A stretch of 64,000 nt of DNA from Alphaproteobacteria bacterium (GTDB lineage: Bacteria > Pseudomonadota > Alphaproteobacteria > MPNO01): NCBI GenBank assembly GCA_965248835.1, contig CBDFLJ010000001.1, forward strand, positions 1,280,001-1,344,000, given 5' to 3'. Position numbers and translations under genes: made by a program. Shown here one piece after another: positions 59,636 through 64,000 of this stretch (positions are counted from its first letter, which is position 1; each line of letters opens with the position of its first letter). The notes under the pieces are model-generated. The model was not told the origin of the DNA, did no database searches, and saw nothing but the letters and a program-made list of their open reading frames with translations.

Positions 59636-59636
59636 C
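59607..59636 (+). terminator. Intrinsic terminator-like hairpin
   Basis: ACCCCGCCGGC-ATCAA-GCCGGCGGGGT followed by a short T run. Confidence 0.55.
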
Positions 59637-59709
59637 GCGTCCCGGCGAATCGCCGCGCGGCGTCACTGCCGATCTGCGCTTCGCTTCGCCCCGCGTGACG
59701 GGGCGGCGG

Positions 59710-60555
59710 TCAGGATCGGTTGAGGGTGTCCAGAAACTCCGCCACCACGGCGGCGGTCTCGGCCGGCTTTTCGACGAACGGAATGTGGCCGCCGTCGGGG
59801 ATCTCCGCGTAGCGCGCGTCGGGGACCGCATCGGCGATCTTTCGTGAGAACGAGGCCGGGATAAAGTCGTCGTTGTCTCCGGTCACGACCAGGGTCGGGG
59901 TACGCACCGCGCGCAGCCGTTCGGTATAGAGCGGCTCGGGCGCTTGACCGGGCAACCGGCCGCCCCAGCGGAGGATCGAATCGAGGAAGGCGGTGTAGAG
60001 TTCGGGCGAATTCGCGAGCACGCCTTCCTGGTTCGCCCGCATGATGGCGAGCCCTTCCTCGGTCTCCATGAACGCGCGGGTCATGGTCGACAGGCCCATG
60101 AAATCGGCCAGCTCCTCGCCCATGCCGAGCTTGGCGATCAGCTTCTTGCGCAGCGAGAAATTCATCTCCATCGCCCGGTCGAGCTCGGAGAACCCGCCGA
60201 TCACGATCATCCCGCGCACCAGGTCCGGGTGGCGGACGGCCATCGCCTGGGCGACGCATCCGCCGAGCGAGGAGCCCAGCACGTCGACGCTGTCCCAACC
60301 GAGGCGGCGGGCCAGCGCTGCGAAGTCATCGGCCCACAGCTCGGCCGTGTAGGTGACGGTCTCCGGATCGTCCTTGCGCGACTGGCCGACGCCGCGCGGA
60401 TCGGTCAGCACCGTCGCCGCATGGCCGCGCAGCAGCGGCTCGCCCAGCCGGTAGTAGCGGTGGTCGAGCCCGAGACCCGGGAACAGCATCAGCGGATGGC
60501 CCGCGCCCTGGACCTGGTACCAGAGCCTGGTGCCATTGACCTCTTCGTATGCCAT
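59710..60555 (-). CDS. Alpha/beta fold hydrolase
   Basis: DPRGVGQS, GSSLGG, GDNDD and GGHIP motifs. Confidence 0.88.
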   Translation of the reverse strand: MAYEEVNGTRLWYQVQGAGHPLMLFPGLGLDHRYYRLGEPLLRGHAATVLTDPRGVGQSRKDDPETVTYTAELWADDFAALARRLGWDSVDVLGSSLGGCVAQAMAVRHPDLVRGMIVIGGFSELDRAMEMNFSLRKKLIAKLGMGEELADFMGLSTMTRAFMETEEGLAIMRANQEGVLANSPELYTAFLDSILRWGGRLPGQAPEPLYTERLRAVRTPTLVVTGDNDDFIPASFSRKIADAVPDARYAEIPDGGHIPFVEKPAETAAVVAEFLDTLNRS

Positions 60556-60580
60556 GGCGGTCCCGTCTCCCGTAAGGCGT

Positions 60581-61219
60581 TCAGTGCGTAGCCGCAGCGG
60601 CCAGGATCTTGATACCCAGCGGTGCGGACTTGCCGCCGTTGGTCGGCGAGGTGTCCGCTGGACAGGCCGAAATCGCGGCCAGCACGTCCATCTCGGCCAA
60701 CAGGTCGATATGGTCGTCCGGCCCTACCGCGGTCGGCAGGATGCGAAAGCTGCCCTGCGCGTCGAGCTCGACATTCATGAAGACGTTGAAGACGTCCATC
60801 ACCTCATCGCCGCTCAGCCCGAAGGGGGCGAGCGCCTCGCTGAGGTTCTCCTGGCACGAGCGGTGGTCGGTGAGGTTGTCGCGGCGCTCGTACAGCCTGG
60901 TCGAGCAGCGCCCGCCCATGTTGCCCCAGTGGTTGGCGCAGGTATCTGCAACCACCGTCAGCATCACGTTCTCGCGCGGCGGTTTGGAGTAGAAATGCTT
61001 GAAGGACTTCGCCGTCCCGGTGCCGCAGATAACGTTGGTCGCCCAGCTCTGGCCGACATGGAACCATTCGCGGTGGTCGTTGGCGTTGTAGAAGACGCAA
61101 TCGCCGACCTGTCCGCCGGCGACCTGATGGATGCGCAGGATCGTACCCTTCTCGACCACCAGCGCCCGTCCCTGGCGCGCAGGGATGACGAACTCGGACA
61201 GGACCGTGCCCGCTTCCAT
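60581..61219 (-). CDS. Urea carboxylase-associated family (DUF1989) protein
   Basis: GGQVGD, HRSCQENL, FNVFMNV and AISACP motifs. Confidence 0.8.
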   Translation of the reverse strand: MEAGTVLSEFVIPARQGRALVVEKGTILRIHQVAGGQVGDCVFYNANDHREWFHVGQSWATNVICGTGTAKSFKHFYSKPPRENVMLTVVADTCANHWGNMGGRCSTRLYERRDNLTDHRSCQENLSEALAPFGLSGDEVMDVFNVFMNVELDAQGSFRILPTAVGPDDHIDLLAEMDVLAAISACPADTSPTNGGKSAPLGIKILAAAATH

Positions 61220-61222
61220 CGT

Positions 61223-61624
61223 CTAGTCCTTGCGCTTGATCGTCCACGGGTGCTCGGAGACGTCGAAGACGACGCCGTCGGGGTCCTTGAACTTGGTCTC
61301 GGCCTCGACGCCCGGGTAGTCGCCGGGAAGCTCCATGAAGAACGTCCCGCCGGCCGATGCGATCCGCGCGGCGGTGGCGTCCTTGTCCTCGACCACCATG
61401 CCGAAATGGTGCAGCCCCGCCCAGTCGGGGCCGTTGACCCCCCCTATGGTCCCTTCGGGGAAGTGCAGCAGCGTCAGGTTCATCAGCCCGTCAGACAGCA
61501 TGATCGCATTGCCGATCGGGCTTTCGGCCTCGGCAACGCGGTCGAGCCCGAAGACGTTTTCGTAAAAGACGGCAGACTTTTCGAGGTCGGGCACCTGCAT
61601 CGCGATGTGGCGCAGCTTGGCCAT
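61223..61624 (-). CDS. VOC/glyoxalase-family protein
   Basis: LRHIA, FYENVFG, GLHHFG and DPDG motifs; start set to ATG 61624. Confidence 0.85.
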   Translation of the reverse strand: MAKLRHIAMQVPDLEKSAVFYENVFGLDRVAEAESPIGNAIMLSDGLMNLTLLHFPEGTIGGVNGPDWAGLHHFGMVVEDKDATAARIASAGGTFFMELPGDYPGVEAETKFKDPDGVVFDVSEHPWTIKRKD

Positions 61625-61701
61625 GGTCCGGCTCCCAAAGGATCGGCTTTGATGCCATTGTGACCGCGCCAATCGAGCCTGTCCATCGAAGGCGCAAGAC
61701 G

Positions 61702-62868
61702 GTGCGAATTCTCGAAATCAGGGAAAAGACCATCCCGGTCGCGGCTGCGATGAGCAATGCCGCGATCGGCTTCGACGAGATGACCGCATCGGCGGTCGCG
61801 GTCTTCACCGATGCGGTCGTCGGCGGTGCGCGCGTTATCGGCTACGGCCTGGACTCGATCGGCCGCTACGGCCATGGCGGACTGTTGCGCGAGCGTTTCA
61901 TCCCGCGGCTGATGACCGCCGAAGAGGCCGAGATCTGCGATCCGGCCACCGGGATCATCGATCCGATGCGCTGCTGGCCGATCATGATGACCAATGAGAA
62001 GCAGGGCGGCCACGGCGAGCGGTCAGCGGCCGTGGGCGTGCTCGACGCCGCGCTCTGGGACGCCGCCGCCAAGGCCGCCGGCCTGCCGCTCCATGGGCTG
62101 CTCGCCGAGCGCTTCAACGGCGGCCGCAACGCCGAGTCGATCGCGGTCTATGCGGCGGGCGGCCACTACCGCCCTGACGGCGGCAACGAAGCTCTGGCGG
62201 CGGAGGTCCGCCGCTACGCCGGCCTCGGCTACCGAACGGTCAAGATCAAGATCGGCGCCGCACCGCTGGCCGCGGACCGCGTCCGCATCGAGGCCGCGCT
62301 CGCCGCGCTGCCGCCGGGCGGGCGGCTCGCGGTCGATGCCAATGCGGTCTTCGACCGCGAAACCGCGCTCGCCTGGGCCGCGGCGCTTGCCGATTACGAC
62401 CTTGCGTGGCTGGAGGAGCCCGGCGACCCGCTCGATTTCGCGCTAATGGAGGCCCTGGCCGCGTCCTATCCGGGGCCGTTGGCGACTGGCGAGAACCTGT
62501 TCTCGGCCGCGGACGCACGCAACCTCGTGCGCTACGCCGGGATGCGGCCCGACCGGGATCTGCTCCAGTTCGACGTCTCGTTGAGCTACGGCATCGCCGA
62601 ATATCTGCGCATCGTCGCGGTCCTCGAGGCCGCCGGCTGGCCGCGGACGCGGCTGGTCCCGCACGCCGGGCACCTGTTCGCGGCCAACGTCGTCGCCGGG
62701 CTCGGACTCGGCGGCCATGAGACGGCGCCCGACCCGGGCCTGGTCTTCGGCGGTTTCCCCGACGGCTGGCGCCTGGCCGACGGCCGGCTGAGCCTGGACG
62801 ACGCGCCCGGCGTCGGCTTCGAAGCCAAGGCCAACACCTTCGCGATCCTGGAGGCGCTCGCGCCGTAA
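61702..62868 (+). CDS. Mandelate racemase/enolase superfamily enzyme (D-tartrate dehydratase-like)
   Basis: KIKIG, VDAN, EEP, ATGENLFS and GGHGERS motifs; start set to GTG 61702. Confidence 0.8.
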   Translation: MRILEIREKTIPVAAAMSNAAIGFDEMTASAVAVFTDAVVGGARVIGYGLDSIGRYGHGGLLRERFIPRLMTAEEAEICDPATGIIDPMRCWPIMMTNEKQGGHGERSAAVGVLDAALWDAAAKAAGLPLHGLLAERFNGGRNAESIAVYAAGGHYRPDGGNEALAAEVRRYAGLGYRTVKIKIGAAPLAADRVRIEAALAALPPGGRLAVDANAVFDRETALAWAAALADYDLAWLEEPGDPLDFALMEALAASYPGPLATGENLFSAADARNLVRYAGMRPDRDLLQFDVSLSYGIAEYLRIVAVLEAAGWPRTRLVPHAGHLFAANVVAGLGLGGHETAPDPGLVFGGFPDGWRLADGRLSLDDAPGVGFEAKANTFAILEALAP

Positions 62869-62936
62869 CCCGGGCCTTGCCGAATCCGGCGGCGTGGCTA
62901 GAGTGTCAGTCCACGAACCACAAGGGGAGGCCGGCA

Positions 62937-63803
62937 GTGAAGGCGCCGCGATTCGCCTATGTCAGGGCGGAGAGCCTCGATCAGGTTCTCGCGCTGCTCG
63001 CCGAGCACGGCGATGACGCCCGCATTCTCGCGGGCGGCCAGAGCCTGATGCCCACGCTCAACATGCGGCTGTCGCAGCCGAAGCTCCTGATCGACATCAA
63101 CCGGCTGGATGCGCTCGCCGGGATCGCGCTCGAGGGCGGAGAGGTCCGCATCGGCGCGCTGACCCGGCATTCGGCGGTCCTGGACTCGCCGGTCGTCGCC
63201 GAGCACCTGCCGCTGATCGCCGAGGCGATGACCCATGTCGCCCATGTCGCGATCCGCAACCGCGGCACCTTCGGCGGCTCGATTGCGCTCGCCGACCCGG
63301 CGGCCGAGCTGCCTGCCTGCGCGGTCGCACTCGGTGCGTCCTTTGTGCTGGCGCGCGTGGGGGGGCAGCGCACCGTCGAGGCCCGGTCCTTCTTCAAGGG
63401 TCTCTACGAGACCGACCGGGCGGATGACGAAATCCTCATCGAGGCGCGCATTCCGGCCCTGGGCGCCGGCTATGCCTCCTCGTTCATGGAGCTCGCCCGC
63501 CGCCACGGCGATTTCGCGCTCGCCGGGGTGTGCTGCCACGCCAAGATCGACGGCGCCAGCCTGAGCGATCTGCGCCTGGCCTATTTCGGCAGCGAGGACC
63601 GGCCGCGCTTTGCCGATTCGGCCGTCGCCGCGGCCGAGGGCAAGGTCTGGTCCGAGGACGTCAAGGCGGAGGTGGCCGAGGCGCTCGGCAACGATCTCGA
63701 TCCGATCGGCAATTTCCATGCCTCGGCGGCCACGCGGCTGCATCTCGCCAAGGTGCTGACCGGCCGCGCGCTGGACCGGCTGGTCGCACAGAACCAGGGC
63801 TAG
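62937..63803 (+). CDS. Molybdenum hydroxylase FAD subunit (CoxM-like)
   Basis: AGGQSL and IRNRGTFGGS motifs; GGAGG RBS before GTG 62937. Confidence 0.9.
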   Translation: MKAPRFAYVRAESLDQVLALLAEHGDDARILAGGQSLMPTLNMRLSQPKLLIDINRLDALAGIALEGGEVRIGALTRHSAVLDSPVVAEHLPLIAEAMTHVAHVAIRNRGTFGGSIALADPAAELPACAVALGASFVLARVGGQRTVEARSFFKGLYETDRADDEILIEARIPALGAGYASSFMELARRHGDFALAGVCCHAKIDGASLSDLRLAYFGSEDRPRFADSAVAAAEGKVWSEDVKAEVAEALGNDLDPIGNFHASAATRLHLAKVLTGRALDRLVAQNQG

Positions 63804-63808
63804 GACCG

Positions 63809-64000
63809 ATGGAAGAGCATGTCGACATAACCACCACCGTCAACGGCGAGACCGTGAGCCGCCGGGTCGAGGCGCGCCAGCACCTGGTCGACTTCCTGCG
63901 GCTCGAGCTCGGCCTGACGGGCTCACATCTGGGCTGCGAGCACGGCGTGTGCGGCGCCTGCACGGTGCGGGTGGACGGCACCATCGTCCGCGGCTGCCTG
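63809..64000 (+). CDS. [2Fe-2S] subunit (CoxS-like), truncated by the window end
   Basis: MEEHVDITTTVNGE...GCEHGVCGACTV. Confidence 0.85.
   Translation, partial: MEEHVDITTTVNGETVSRRVEARQHLVDFLRLELGLTGSHLGCEHGVCGACTVRVDGTIVRGCL

Noticed and set aside
1-64000. CRISPR arrays, tRNA/rRNA genes, intact transposases, reverse transcriptases
   Set aside because: None were seen by eye. A tRNAscan/CRISPR/Rfam scan would be needed to exclude them formally.

Overview
This is a GC-rich alphaproteobacterial chromosome segment. Housekeeping genes sit near the ends: ialB-rlmN, and metX-metW divergent from chorismate mutase-hisC-tyrC. Most of the window is catabolic and transport genes: TRAP and BMP-ABC transporters, frc with a TPP lyase, two hydantoinase/oxoprolinase A/B pairs, two CoxMSL-like molybdenum hydroxylase sets, a creatininase-like gene, a 3-HAO-like gene, a Rieske oxygenase and a GMC oxidoreductase. 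A ~10.7 kb defence island (18575-29309) is flanked by a perfect 24-bp direct repeat that duplicates the 3' end of an RraA-family gene. It carries a type III restriction-modification system, a RelE-like/UvrD helicase, several decayed toxin-antitoxin genes and an integrase remnant. Three observations stand out. (1) The Res subunit ends in a VapB-antitoxin-like tail and is translationally coupled to an intact VapC toxin, a candidate guard system. (2) A ~310-nt structured non-coding unit at ~59.3-59.6 kb has its own promoter and terminator. (3) An unannotated SelW/Rdx selenoprotein (CxxU plus bSECIS-like hairpin) lies at 46333-46548. All family assignments come from motif recognition by eye; no searches were run.
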